Source: the human T2T-CHM13v2.0 reference genome, Homo sapiens
Reading direction: 5' to 3' (one strand)
Length of the DNA stretch: 64,000 nt
Assembly (NCBI RefSeq): GCF_009914755.1
Contig: NC_060926.1
Part shown: piece after piece, positions 1 through 60,269 of the stretch
Numbering within the stretch: the stretch's first letter is position 1
Layout of the letters: every line of letters starts with the position of its first letter
The notes under the pieces: model-generated
The model's database searches: none
Told to the model about the DNA's origin: nothing
What the model saw: the letters and a program-made list of their open reading frames with translations, nothing else
Made by a program: the position numbers and the translations under genes

Positions 1-329
1 CTAGTGTATAATGGCCCTTGCTTTTGCTAGGATGTCTCTCCCTAAGAAAGGAGTGGGGCTTTCAGGCATAATTAGAAAGGCATGTGAAAAGAGTAAAGGT
101 CCCCAGTCACAGCTTGGCAGCTGGGAGAAGTACCTAGTGACTGCCTGTCCTAGGACCCCTCGGATAGCGACAGATCTGGAAGACAGTTGTCCAGGACAGA
201 AGAGTAAGACTGAGAAGGCCGTGCCAGTGTCCAGGAGACAGTTAACCTCCTAGCTTTCAATGGTCAGGCATACCCGGGGCTCTGTGAGGGTGATGGCATG
301 GGCTGGCACCTGCCCCAGGCCCCCTCAGT

Positions 330-1359
330 CCTGCTGCTGGATCATCTGGTTAGTGGCTTCTGATTCAGAGGACCTTCATCCCCTGGGGCAGTGGGCCTTC
401 CAGTGATTCCCTTGACATAAGGGGCATGGATGAGGGGGTGGCTTATTTCTATTCAGACAATCTTTTTTAAAGTGTCCTCATCGACCGCACTGGAAGCAAG
501 CCCTATTAGGCATTTCATTTGCCCAGCTGTTCCGTGTTCCAGAGCCTCCAAAGTCCGCTTGCCTGAGGGTCATGACTAAAGCAGTGGCCTTTTTCTTATC
601 TCGTTTGTCCTGTTCTGCCTGCTCCTCCTGATCTCTATTATAAAAAACCAAGGTTGCCAAGTTCAATAGGGTTTCTAAGTTTTGCTCCAGGCCTAAAGCG
701 GACTTTTGAAGTTTTTTTTTTTCTAATGTCTGCAGCTGACTGAGTGATAAACTTATCCTTTAAGATTAGTTGGCCTTCAATAGAGTCAGGTGACAGGGAG
801 GTATGCTTCCTCGATGCCTCCCTTAGTCTCTCCAGAAAGGCAGTAGGATTTTCTTCCTTTCCCTGTGTTATAGTGGATATCATTGAATAATTTATAGGCT
901 CCTTCCTAGTTTTCCTTAGTCCTTCTAGCACACAAGTTAGTAAATGTCTGCGGCACCAATCTCCATGTTCTGATTCTGCGTCCCAGTGAGGGTCTATGCT
1001 GGGAACTGCCTGCTGGTCTGTGGGGAATTGTTCTCTTTCCTCTATTGTCACCCTATCATTGACCTGACTGAGATACCAGAGATCTCCAAACTCTAGGGCT
1101 GCAGTTATGATGGCACTTCTGTCATTTGGGGTTAGTGTCTGATCTAGCAGTAACGTTATATCTCTCCATGTCAGATCAAAGGATTGTCCTAACCCTTGTT
1201 AAACATCAATATAGCCATCAGGGTTATCTGATAATTTACCTAGGTCTATTTTAATTTGCTTCGAGTCTGACAGGGAAAAAGGTACATACACTCTGACTGG
1301 GCCGAATTCTCCAGAATACATCTTAGGGGCGTTTTTGCCTTGTGGGGAACGTTTCCCAT
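330..1359 (-). pseudogene. Defective HERV-W gag (ATG at 1359; internal deletion, frameshifts)
   Basis: MGNVPHKAKTPLRCILEN start; capsid and zinc-knuckle pieces in different frames (ORFs 1199-1402, 638-1051, 478-666); 3' boundary approximate. Confidence 0.8.
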
Positions 1360-3401
1360 CTGAGAAAAAAAAAAACATAGGGATGTCAGCACCCCTAGTC
1401 ATTTTCCAATGAGCATTAGTCCTAGAGCATCCTCTATGGTCCTAATGCTTATTCCTTTCCAGTGTGCGTAATCACCCATGGACTTCTGCTTATTGGAGTA
1501 GTTACGCTCACCAATGTAGCAGTCCTGCACCTGTTTTCCTGCCTTTCTTGACCACAAAGAAAGGGGTCCAGGCTGCTGGATTCTAGTGGTCCTTTACCAG
1601 CGTGCCCAACATTGCCTTTGTGCTCAGGGGTGAGTCCTAAAGCTGGGCTGGGTTCCTGAGTATTTCATAACAACCCAGCTGCCCCATTAAGATGCATTCC
1701 TATAAACAACAGTTCTTATGGAAATTCATTTCAGAGGGTGTAGGTAACCTTTTGAGTCAGGATTGAGATAGAATTTTTTTTTTTGATTCTGTAAGTACTT
1801 TAAGGCTTGGCTGAGTGCAAACAGCTCCCAGTTTGAGCAGATCAATTATTAGGCAATTTTCCTAACTCTGTTTCCACAAGAGTCTCCCTATCAATTACTG
1901 AATACCCATTGTGTTTTTTTTTTTCCCTCAATCACCTGGGAGGAACCATCTATTGTCCTGTCCTGAAGGGAGTTCCTTCTAGGTCTGGCTGGGCCTTTGT
2001 ATGGTAATTGATATTTAAATCCCCTGTTAGGAAATCTGCTGGGTTAAGGGAATTTTCAGTGGTTAATGTTATGTTGTTTTTTTTTTAACCGACTATCCCT
2101 ATACTTCAAGATTTTTGAGTTAGTAAGCTACCTTTTTGCTTTTTTGACTTAGAATAATTCTGAACTGGCGAGGTGTGCTCACAATGAGGTTTCCTCTAAA
2201 AGTTACTTTTCTACTTTCTTCTGTTAGCAAAGCAGTTGCTGCTACAGATTGAATGCATTTGGGTCATCCGCGGGTTCCTGGGTTAAGGATTTTTGACAGG
2301 AAGGTTACTGTTTGTCAGTGGTCTCAGTGTTTTCAGGCAATGCCCTTGTTTACACTGACAACAAGGTAGTATTGAAGTGTTATAGGGTCATGGAGAAGCT
2401 CTTCAATTATCAATTATAGGTTTTAAATTTACCCTGGCTTTTAAAGGAATAGGGCACACTGTTTTTTCTTTACTACTTCTATCTCTCTTTTCTCTCTCCC
2501 TCTCTTTTCTCTCTCTCTGTCTCTTCTCTCCTTGACTTACTCAAGTCGCTTTCATCCTGATCTGTTATGTTGTTGTAGACCCAGTTCCAGTTGTTAAAGT
2601 ACTGGGTCATCAGTTCTAAGGCCCTGGCCAAGGAGCTAAGACTTGGAGATTGTATTGCAGAGGGGTAAGCTGGGTAGAAATTGGGGGAAGAGAGCATCTT
2701 ACACAATGGGAGAGCAATCCTCATAGCCATTTACAAACTTGGGGCCCTGGCAAGGGTGGTGGGGAACGGGTCCCACATAACTGCCCATGTCGAGAGCTAT
2801 ATGCCTAAATTGGGAGGGACACCAGGGACAAGACTCCCTGGGTTCATAGCCTAGATGCCTAAGGACACAGTGTAGAGCTTCCTTAGATCCCTTTGGAGAT
2901 ACAACTTGCTCTAATACTTGGGAGAGGAAATGAAAGTCTGAACCATTAGTACCTAGGAGGCAGGGATTGGAGGAAGTAGATTCAGAGGTAAAGAGAATTT
3001 TGGGGCTACACTTTCAAGAAAGTTGTGGTTGGGACCCAGGATGTATGGGTCAGAAAGAAAGGTAGGGGTGCATGCATGGGCAACTGTTGAGTAGAGAGTT
3101 CTGGCTGCACCATGATCTCAACTGGCTAATGCTGGGAGTTCGGGACAACAGCTTTCTGCCTCTAGTTGGCCCTCGGCTTCCCCAGGAAAATTGAAAGCGG
3201 AAGCTGGTTCCAGGCAGAACAATGCTCCCAACCCAGAAGGGTTGGGTTGTTAGAAAGCCCTTTCCCAGACAGCCTCACACGTGAGTCTTAAGTCCAGCAG
3301 CCATGCTAATCATTTTTAACCAGCCGACAGGTGCCTGGTATTTTCCTCCAATTCTAAGGGAGGATAGTAAGCTAAAGTGGTCCAATATTACCGCTTTGGA
3401 G

Positions 3402-3419
3402 GTCCCTTCATGGTCGCTA
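3402..3419 (-). promoter_or_regulatory. Degenerate retroviral primer-binding site
   Basis: Minus strand TAGCGACCATGAAGGGAC directly after the LTR end (..GGTAACA), resembling the HERV-W PBS. Confidence 0.65.
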
Positions 3420-3422
3420 AAA

Positions 3423-3936
3423 TGTTACCGGGGGTGGCGGGGGCTCCTTGTTCTTAGAGCTCCCAAGATGGTGGTGGGCTGCTTCCAAGATGGTGGCAAG
3501 CCTCTTGTTCTCTGACCTGGGGTTCTTGGCCTCATGGATTCCAAGGATGGAATCTTGGGCTATGTGGTGAGTGTTATAGCTCTATTAGAAGCCGTGGGTC
3601 ACGGAAGAGAGCCGTGGAACCCAACGACTAGTGTTCAGCTCGATTAGAATGAACCTGGGCACTTAGCCACGCAGGAACAATGGTGAGCCTTTAGCCCAAT
3701 TGGGAGGGGCAACGGGCACCTCGCTGGATCAGGAGCGCAGCAGACAGCCTGCTGGATCCAGAGGGATGGAAGTCAGTGGCAGGTCTGCGATGGCGCCAAA
3801 TAGCAGTGGTGGATGCCGAGTGAAAGCTCAGCTTGAGCCGTAACAAACACGGACCAGAAGAGTGTGCAGTTGCAAGATTTAATAGAGTGAAAAAAGAGCT
3901 CCCATAAAATGGGAGGGGACCCAAAGGGGGTTGCCC
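3423..3936 (-). mobile_element. LTR17 R-U5 portion (U3 absent)
   Basis: Minus strand begins GGCAACCCCCTTTGGGTCCCCTCCC..ATTAAATCTTGCAACTGCA (R region) and ends ..GGTAACA. Confidence 0.8.
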
Positions 3937-3951
3937 ATGTCAATGCTTTAA

Positions 3952-5870
<1,919 letters not shown>

Positions 5871-5967
5871 TACTTGTTAACAAATGTTTTATTAGGGAAA
5901 ACTTCAAGCTTATATAAGTGGGCAGAATAGTTTTGTCACTGCCTATGTCTTCATCTCTAGGCTTTAA

Positions 5968-6372
<405 letters not shown>

Positions 6373-6769
6373 TAAGCTCATCTGTGAATATTTCAGGGTG
6401 AGTTTCTGTAGGGGTCCCTGCCAGTGCTCCACCTGTGTCTATCCTGCCTTTTCATTTCAGTGTGCCTGAGCTGACTTCTAGCTGTCATGATCTGCATCTC
6501 TTTGCTTGAAGGCTTTCCTTAAAGCTCAGAAAAGCCACTCTGCCCTGCGCATAGTGGGCTGGAACCGCCAGTGTGATTGGTGCTCTCCCCGGCGTAGCCC
6601 TCCACATCCCAGCTCCCTCACCCTTGTGTGAGATAATTCTATGGTGTTTGTCTCACACCTTTCCCTAAGTTTCTCTGTGGGATTGCGTTCCATTCGCCCA
6701 CAGTGGTAGCTGACTTGATAATGTCCCCTTTATGTCTGCATTCCTTTCTCTGTCACATTTGCTCTTTCC

Positions 6770-7156
6770 CTGGATTTGTTTGCTAGTGCTGCCAAAACAA
6801 AGTACCAGAAGATAGGTTGATTTAGGCAGTAGAAATGTATTTTCTCACAGTTCTGGAGGCCAGAAGTCCTAGATCAAGGTGTCATTAGGGTTGGTTTCCT
6901 CTCTCCTGGGCTTGTAGATGGCTGTTTTCTCCCTGTATCTCCACATGGCCCTCCCCTCTGCATATTTCTGTGTCCTAATCTCCTCTTCTTGTAAGGATGC
7001 CAGTCTCATTGGATTAGGGCCTACCCTAATGACCTCATTTTACCGTAATAACCTCTTTAAAGGCCTTATCTCTGAATACACATTTTGAGGTACTGGAGGT
7101 TAGGACTCCAACATAAGAACTTGGGAGGTGGAGGGGACAGGGTTCAGCCCATAATA
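6770..7156. mobile_element. MaLR LTR (MLT1-like)
   Basis: TTCTCACAGTTCTGGAGGCCAGAAGTCC..ATCAAGGTGTC and ..TTCAGCCCATAA motifs. Confidence 0.7.
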
Positions 7157-8079
7157 CTCCCCTACTGGCATTTACTCTACCTCTCAAATCAGCTACTGCC
7201 ACTCAAGCCCTTATTTCAGGATCTACTTCTAGGAAAATCCAAATGAAGGAAACCTCTAAAAGATAAGTCCTCTTTTGAAAAAAGTAACCACATTTCCCCA
7301 AAAGCACTCCTCATATCCACACTTAAGGACTTTCCCACCGTGCTGTTTACATGCATATCCCCTCCGGTGACGGCAAGGACTACCTTTTATGGATCTTCTT
7401 ATGTAGGCAGTTCCTCAGATGTAGGAGATACCAAACGCTGCTTGATTTGCTTAACTAAATGCCATGAGTTCTAATCTTCCTTGGAAACTTGGTTATAGCC
7501 AAATAGAAAAAAATACTAACTAACAAATAAAATTGCTCCTTAATAATGCAGAAATCCCTGCTGCCTTCATTACTAGCTGTTTGTGCAATACCCAGCACTC
7601 AGTAAGGCACATAGTGTCTTCCAAATAAATTAAAGTTTTTATGTCTTAAATTAGGGCTACTCACTGTGATGTGGGATGTTGATAGTGGGGAGAGGTTGTG
7701 GGGGGACAGGGAGTATATGGGTACTGTCTGTACTTTTCTGCACAATTTTGCTGTGAACCTAAAACTGCTTGAAAAATAAAGTTTATTAATTTGAAAATAA
7801 ATATATTAGAAATATAGTGTCACCAATTAAAGTTAGAAACGGAAAACAAGACTAGATTTAAAAGACCTTTAGGAAAGACCCAATTTTATATAAAATATCA
7901 TCAATCTGCTAGTGTCACCTACTGGTGAAAAGTGGCTACTGCTGTGGAAACAATTCTATCCATTTCTTAGTGCTCTTGAATTTTGATGGTTATATAACAA
8001 GTGTTCTGTAGGAAGTATTAGTAAACAATAAAAATTCAACAAAATAGAAAAAGTATTAATATTTATATGATATATAAGA

Positions 8080-9083
8080 TGTGGGTGGCAAGCCATCCAG
8101 GTACCGAGGCAAGAGACCGAGGGCACAAGCTGTTCCAGTGTAATAAAATATATAAAACAACAAGAGTTATACTAGATCTAGATCATAGACATGATTATAT
8201 ATGAATATCATTAATCATTAGTTTGTAGCAATTACTCTTTATTCCAATATTATAATAATCCTCGCTCTATAATCATAATCTAGGAAAAACCAGGCCATAC
8301 AGAGATAGGAGCTGAGGGGACACAGTGAGGAGTGACCAGAAGACAAGAGTGCGAGCCTTCTGTTATGCCCAGACAGGGCCACCAGAGGGCTCCTTGGTCT
8401 AGCAGTGACACCAGCGTCTGGGAAGACGCCTGTTGCCAGGCGGACCGTGGTCTAGTGGTAGCGTAAGTGTCAAGGAAAAACACCCACTACTTAGCAGACC
8501 GGGAAAGGGAGTCTCCCTTTCTCCAGGGGAGTTTAGAGAAGACTCTACTCCTCCACCTCTTGTGGAGGGCCTGACATCAGTCAGGCCCGCCCGCAGTTAT
8601 CCAGAGGCCTAACCGTCTCCCTGTGATGCCGTGCTTCAGTGGTCACGCTCCTAGTCCGCGTTCATGTTCCATCCTGTACACCTGGCTCTGCCTTTTAGAT
8701 AACAGTAGCAAAATTAGTGAACATACTAAAAGTCTCTGATATGCAGAAATAACGGCATAAGCTGTCTCTCTCGCCCTCTCTCTCTCTGCCATGGCTGCCA
8801 GGCAGGCAAGGGCCCCCCGTCCAGTGGACACGTGACCCACGTGACCTTACCTATCATTGGAGATGACTCACACTCTTTACCCTGCCCCTTTTGCTTTATA
8901 TCCAATAAATAACAGCGCAGCCAGACATTCGGGGCCACTACCAGTCTCCGCGACTTGGTGGTAGTGGTCCCCTGGGCCCAGCTGCCTTTTCTTTTATCTC
9001 TTTGTCTTGTGTCTTTATTTCTACACTCTCTCATCTCCACACACGGGGAGAGACCCACTGACCCTGTGGGGCTGGTCCCTACA
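8080..9083 (+). mobile_element. Solo LTR13 (ERVK family)
   Basis: TGTGGGTGGCAAGCCATCCAGG start, ..GGTCCCTACA end, about 1 kb, internal AATAAA; matches recalled LTR13 consensus. Confidence 0.85.
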
Positions 9084-9914
9084 ATTTATGTGATATATAA
9101 GTTGCACATGAAGAGGAAATATCAGAAAAACAACCTTTATGTTTACATATCCATAAGCCTCAACTCAAAACTAAAATCAGTTTTGATTTAGGGAAGAAAA
9201 AGTTAAATGAAGGCAAATGGAAGTATGTGGAAAAGGTGCTTTATATGATACTCTCAAAATTTCTCATACAATCCAATATTTTAATTAAAAGCAATGAATC
9301 AAATGTACAGCTTTTTATGCAAAAATAGCATCTATTCATTTTTGGTGTTAGCCATACCCCAAAGTCTCTCATTAATAGCACTGAATTCAGGATCTCATGA
9401 TACTTCGTGTTCTCAAATGCCTTTTCATTTCCCTGCACAGCAACCTCTGAACTGTGATTCAGTTTTATAACAGCTGCAATAAACTCCACTAGAGGAAGGA
9501 CTGGTCTATTGATGGGGGCCTTTCAGTTCTAGCTTACAGTCAACTATTGCCAAATTTTTCCTTATTTGTTCTTTGGACAATTTTTGTTTGCTCCAGGATT
9601 TAATTTTTCAAATTAAAAATTATATGGTAGCTGTTTTGTTTGTTTGTTTGTTTGTTTTTCTAAATCCCATAAGACTCAAAAGAGAATGAGTAAAGCACTC
9701 TGGCAATCAGTTGACTATCAATCTATTTTTACCAAGTAATCATAAATTTTCCATCTGCTGTGGAGGACACCAAGTTGGATCCCTATATGGGATGTGAGAG
9801 GTGTGAGATACTCCCTTCCTTCTTCCTTCCTCCTCCTCCTTCTTAGAAAGGCATATAAATTTTATTAACATATATACAGGGAGAACCACAGAGTGATTAC
9901 CCCCTTCTTTCTTA

Positions 9915-10407
9915 GTTTTGGAAATTTTTCTTTTGAAATGATTTCAGACTCAAAGAAAAGTTGCAAGAAGAATACAAAGAACTCCTGCATACTCTTCATT
10001 CAAATTGGTTTTATTAGATTATCTTGATAGATAGATAGAGATGGTATACATGTTATACATATATAAAGCTTATATATATAATATATAAAAAGTTTTTTGT
10101 AACCACCAAAGAATAAGTTCAGATGTGGTGCCCGCTTACCTTTAAATACTTCAGTGTGCTTTTCTCTAGAAAGAGGACCTTCTCTTAGTGTGATAACGGT
10201 GCCATTTTCACATTCAGGAAATTCACATTGACAATACCATTTTCTTAAAGTCCTTGTTCAAATTTCACCAATTGTCTAAAGAATTTTAATAGCAAAAACA
10301 ATTTTTCTGGTGTAGGCTCCAGACTGCTAGGCCTATATGTCACATTTAGTTATCATGTCTCTTGGGTCTCCTTTAACCTCTAACTTCCTCAGCTGTTTCA
10401 AGAACCT

Positions 10408-10486
<79 letters not shown>

Positions 10487-11480
10487 GGTAAATTATACCA
10501 GCTAGTTACTTTGTAGAATGTCTTTCAATTTGGGTTGTCTGATGTTTCCTTGTGATTAGATTTAAGTATGTGAATTTTTTCCTCATTTCCTTGAATAGCT
10601 TGATTAGATGCATTTTTGCATTTTGGGCATGCATTTTTGGCAGGAATATCACAGAAGTCATGCTGTTTCTTTTCAGTTAATCAAATCATGATACATATCA
10701 TGTCTGTTTGTCCCAATCCTTGTGGGATTAACCTTGATCATTAAGTTGGTGTCTGCCAGGTATCTCCACTGTATAATTACTGTTTTTCTCTTTGTAATTA
10801 ATAAGTAATTTTTGGAAGATATTTCCTCATGAAGCTTTTGCCAACTAACTTTAGAATAGAATTGATGATTCTTTCTGAATCAATTTTAATTGTGATAGTT
10901 GCCAAATGGTGATATTTTAAATTTGTTATTCCTTCTGCATTTATTAGTTTTCCAACTGTAAGAAAGTGATTTTCTTTCCTATTTATGTAATCATTTATTT
11001 ATTTATGTTAGTATAGACTCATGGATTCCTATTTGAGTCAATGAGTTACAATCCACTACTATCATTTTGGTGACCAAATTGTCCCAGATCTGGTAAGTGG
11101 AAGGGAGCTCCTTCAAACTGGCTCCTATGCCTTTTTGACGTGTCCTCATAATTTTTTACCCACTTCCTTACTTTCTGGCAAAACAAGATTCTCAAGTTCA
11201 TCATGAATTTCTCTATTCCATTCCTGGGCTCAGCCACTTCTCCAAGGATCCCTGGTTTATTTTAGTGGAGAATGATATTTATAAAGCAAGATCTGGTGCT
11301 AGATGTACCTATTGCTACTGGGGTGTCGCTGCTTCTAGGTCCTCCTGGGAATCAGTGCAAGAAAATATAAACACACACACACACACACATATCTACATCT
11401 ATTTATAAAACTAAATTTTAAAAATGAGTTCACACTGATATCATCAGTTGCAAGCCAGCATTATAGTTCATTCTAACCTT
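9915..11480 (-). mobile_element. Old L1MC/ME 3' fragment interrupted by a (TA)n-(T)n microsatellite at 10410-10486
   Basis: Degenerate L1M 3'UTR motifs (GAAAAGTTGCAAGAA..., GTGTCTGCCAGG). Confidence 0.55.
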
Positions 11481-11489
11481 CCTCATTTT

Positions 11490-11803
11490 CCTTTTTTTTT
11501 TTTCCTTTTCTTGCTTTCTTTCTCTTTCTTTCTTTTTTTTGTTTGTGACAGGTTCTGACTCTGTCACACAGGCTGGAGTGCAGGGCTCACTGCAACTTTC
11601 GCCTCCCAGGCCCAAGTGATCCTCCCGCCTCAGCTTCTTTGAGTAGCCAGAACCACAGGCACGCCACCACACCTGGCTAATTTTTGTATTTCGTGTAGAG
11701 ACAGGATTTCGCCATGTTGTCCAGGCTGGTCTCAAACTCCTGAGCTCAAACTATCCACCCGCCTTGACCTCCCAAAGTGCTGGGATTACAGGCGTGCCCA
11801 GCC
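11490..11803 (-). mobile_element. AluJ
   Basis: Reverse Alu body with T/C-rich tail. Confidence 0.85.
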
Positions 11804-11979
11804 ACTGTAAACATCTTACGACCATGGGTGGTGACTGGCAAGAAATGTACCTTGCTAGTTTTAAGATGGAGTTATTTTTAAAATGGTGTCACCCTGGCTC
11901 TCCTATGCTCCTGTTTCCCAATTTGACAACCAACACGATCTTTCTGATCAGCTCATCCTTACTTAAAAACCATCATTGG

Positions 11980-12283
11980 GGCCGGGCGCGGTGGCTCACG
12001 CCTGTAATCCCAGCACTTTGGGAGGCCGAGGCAGGCGGATCATGAGGTCAAGAGATCGAGACCATCCTGGCTAACACGGTGAAACCCAGTCTCTACTAAA
12101 AAATATAAAAAAATTAGCCTGGCGTGGTGGCTGGCGCCTGTAATCCCAGCTACTCAGGAGGCTGAGGCAGGAGAATGGCGTGAACCAGGAAAGCGGAGCT
12201 TGCAGTGAGCCGAGTTCGCGCCAGTGCACTCCAGCCTGGGCGACAGAGCGCGACTCAGTCTCAAAAACAAAACAAAACAAAAA
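11980..12283 (+). mobile_element. AluY/Sc-like
   Basis: GGCCGGGCGCGGTGG start, CpG-rich, A-rich tail. Confidence 0.9.
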
Positions 12284-13542
12284 ATCATTGCCTCTCCAGT
12301 GTTCTTAACTAAAGGTGCCATCTGCCTAACTTAATTTAGGAATGCCTGTATGTTTTGGTACTGTTTAAATATTCCCAGCTTTGCCACTCTCCGTCTCACA
12401 CCAACATCCAGTCATCTGGAAGATCTTTCCATTCCTCCAGTTCTCTCGTAACTAAAACGATTTCAGACTTACCCCTCACTCCCACAGGTAACTCGCCCTT
12501 AACTCTTCTTGTAGAACTTAAATTTCATGTATTGTTCTCTCCTTCTGTCCCTCACTTACTTCCTAAATCTCTGGTGGATGTTCCCCTGTGGTCCTGTTAC
12601 AGTTATTCTGACCTAAACAGAACTGATCACGTTGCTTACTGGGAAGATGCACATGCAATCTCTAGTGTATAGTAGGTCCTCAATAATTACTGGTGACTGG
12701 TAAAGCAGCCAAGGCCTTTGGACTATAAATCGATCTTATTCTACGTTAATAACAATATTAGCACAGGATTCTATTCCCTTGCTGGATATTATTTACATTT
12801 GATAATGAATGAACTAATTCTCTTTGACAGCAAAACATGTATTCAGCTTACAGCCGAAAATGCAAGGGAAGGTACACAATAAGACGGATCCAAGCCCTGA
12901 CCCCTCTGAGCTTTAAGCCAGTCAAGTAACTACTTGTTCTGAAAAGTATTAACTGTCCTATTAACGTTAACCTTCACAACACAATGCCTTGTGTTCAACT
13001 GGCCTTGGCCTCAAAGCACTTTCCTGGCACATTCCCTGAATTTAAAGAACGGTTTCCATACAGCTGAGAGGGTCGAGGCAGGGGTAAGTGTAGAAGACGC
13101 AAGAAATGGAGACACCCTGGGAACAGAACTCTAGACTGCACTCCAACCGTAGCACTTACTAGGCATTCGACTCCAGGACCTTGACACTCGCGCTCGCTGG
13201 CGGCGAGCCCCGCCTCCCCACTGCGCCTCATCTCCCAGACAGGCCCCGCCTCCCCACTCAGGCCCCGCCTCCCCACTCAGGCCCGTCTCCTCACTCAGGC
13301 CACGCCTCCCCGCCCAGTCCCGTCTCCGTACTAGGGCTTGCTCCAAGCCCTGCTTCCTCGCCCAACCTGGCCTCCCCACTACGGCCTAACCCCAAGCCCT
13401 TCTCGTCCAGCCCCGTCTCCACACTACTGCCTGGTCCTCAACTCCGCCTCCCCACTCCGACCCCATCTCCCTGACCAGCCCCGCCTTTACGCTCAGGCTC
13501 CGCCTCCCCGCCGGGTCTTGCCTCCAAATCCCGGCCCCGCCT

Positions 13543-14050
13543 CCACGCGGCCCCGCCTCCACGCGGCCCCGCCTCCACGCTCGGCCTGGCCCCAAGCTCT
13601 TCCTTCCTGGGGCACTCTGTCTCCGCACTCCGGCCTGGTCCCGAGCCCCGCCCCGCCTCCACACGGCCCCGCCACCACACGGCCCCGCCTCCACGCGGCC
13701 CCGCCTCCACGCTCGGCCTGGCCCCAAGCTCTTCCTTCCTGGGGCACTCTGTCTCCGCACTCCGGCCTGGTCCCGAGCCCCGCCCCGCCTCCACACGGCC
13801 CCGCCTCCACACGGCCCCGCCTCCACACGGCCCCGCCTCCACACGGCCCCGCCTCCACACGGCCCCGCCTCCACACGGCCCCGCCTCCACACGGCCCCGC
13901 CTCCACACGGCCCCGCCTCCACACGGCCCCGCCTCCACACGGCCCCGCCTCCACACGGCCCCGCCTCCACGCTCGGCCTGGCCCCAAGCTCTTCCTTCCT
14001 GGGGCACCCTGCCTCCGCACTCCGCCCTGGTCCCGAGCCCCGCCCCGCCT
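13543..14050. repeat. Compound VNTR: 16-bp unit CCACACGGCCCCGCCT in blocks of 2, 3 and 11, each followed by an 84-bp spacer
   Basis: 11 perfect copies at 13791-13966; spacers at 13575-13658, 13707-13790, 13967-14050. Confidence 0.95.
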
Positions 14051-14266
14051 CCACAGTCCCGAGCCCGCCTCCAACCCTGCCCTGTCCCCACACCCAGCTT
14101 GGCCCCGAGCCACGCCTCCCACCCCGCCCCCACACTCCCGAGCCCCGCCTCGTCTCCACACTCCGGCGGCGCCTCCCTACCCGGCCCCGCCTCCGCGCTC
14201 GGGCTGCCAGCCCTCCCTTGCACGTTCCGGCTCCTCTTCTATCTTCACGCCCACGCTAGGCCCTGA

Positions 14267-59677
<45,411 letters not shown>

Positions 59678-60269
59678 TAATATGTTTTCTTTTTAAATGA
59701 CCATTGTACATATTGCAACAGAAATATTGTACCTTTACCCGTGATGCAAGGTCACATATATTGTTTTTTTCTATAAAATATTTTAAAAACTTTTATCTTC
59801 AGAAACCTTATTTTGGTAGACAGTAACAGAAAGGTCAGTGATGAAATTTTCAAGACTATTGTAGTTTGAGCTTGTTACTCATTTCGTAAAATGTTGAAAT
59901 AGTTACACTGTTTTTCATAAGAATGGTTTGATGTATATTGTGCTTAGCTGCTAAATAATGTTCATCTTGATGATTGCTAAGTTTCTTTGAGTTGCATCTT
60001 CTTGCTCTTTTTAAAGTATGCACACCTGTAATTTCTGATCATGCTGAAAGCATTTCTACTTAAAGTTTTAATGATATTTTCATTCTTTCTGTTATTTTCT
60101 ACATAGCATTTTATCATTTTATTAATTTTATTGTAATCTAATTAAGCATCTGTTAAGGCAACATCAATAAGTAACTCAGATGTTGAGGGTAATTTTATCT
60201 TTGTTTCATTTTTTTGTCCTCTTACTTTTGCTTCTCTTAGTAACATTCTTTTTCACCTTCTGTTTTGGT

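Larger units (their letters stand above)
1..3936 (-). mobile_element. HERV-W (HERV17) element, 5' half: R-U5 of LTR17, PBS, long leader, disrupted gag, pro; continues off the left edge
   Basis: Minus-strand ORFs match HERV-W Gag (..HWDAESEHGDWCRRHLLTCVLEGLRKTRK..QSAADIRKK, ..RACFQCG); protease motif LLDTG near 224-238; AG-rich leader tract at about 2460-2530; frameshifts and stops present. Confidence 0.9.

Noticed and set aside
2479-2730. 83-aa minus-strand ORF in the HERV-W leader
   Set aside because: Remnant within the pre-gag leader of a copy lacking U3, running into an AG-rich simple repeat; no support for expression
13543-14050. Repeat-spacer layout superficially like a CRISPR array
   Set aside because: Spacers are near-identical to each other, the context is human, and there are no cas genes; it is a compound minisatellite
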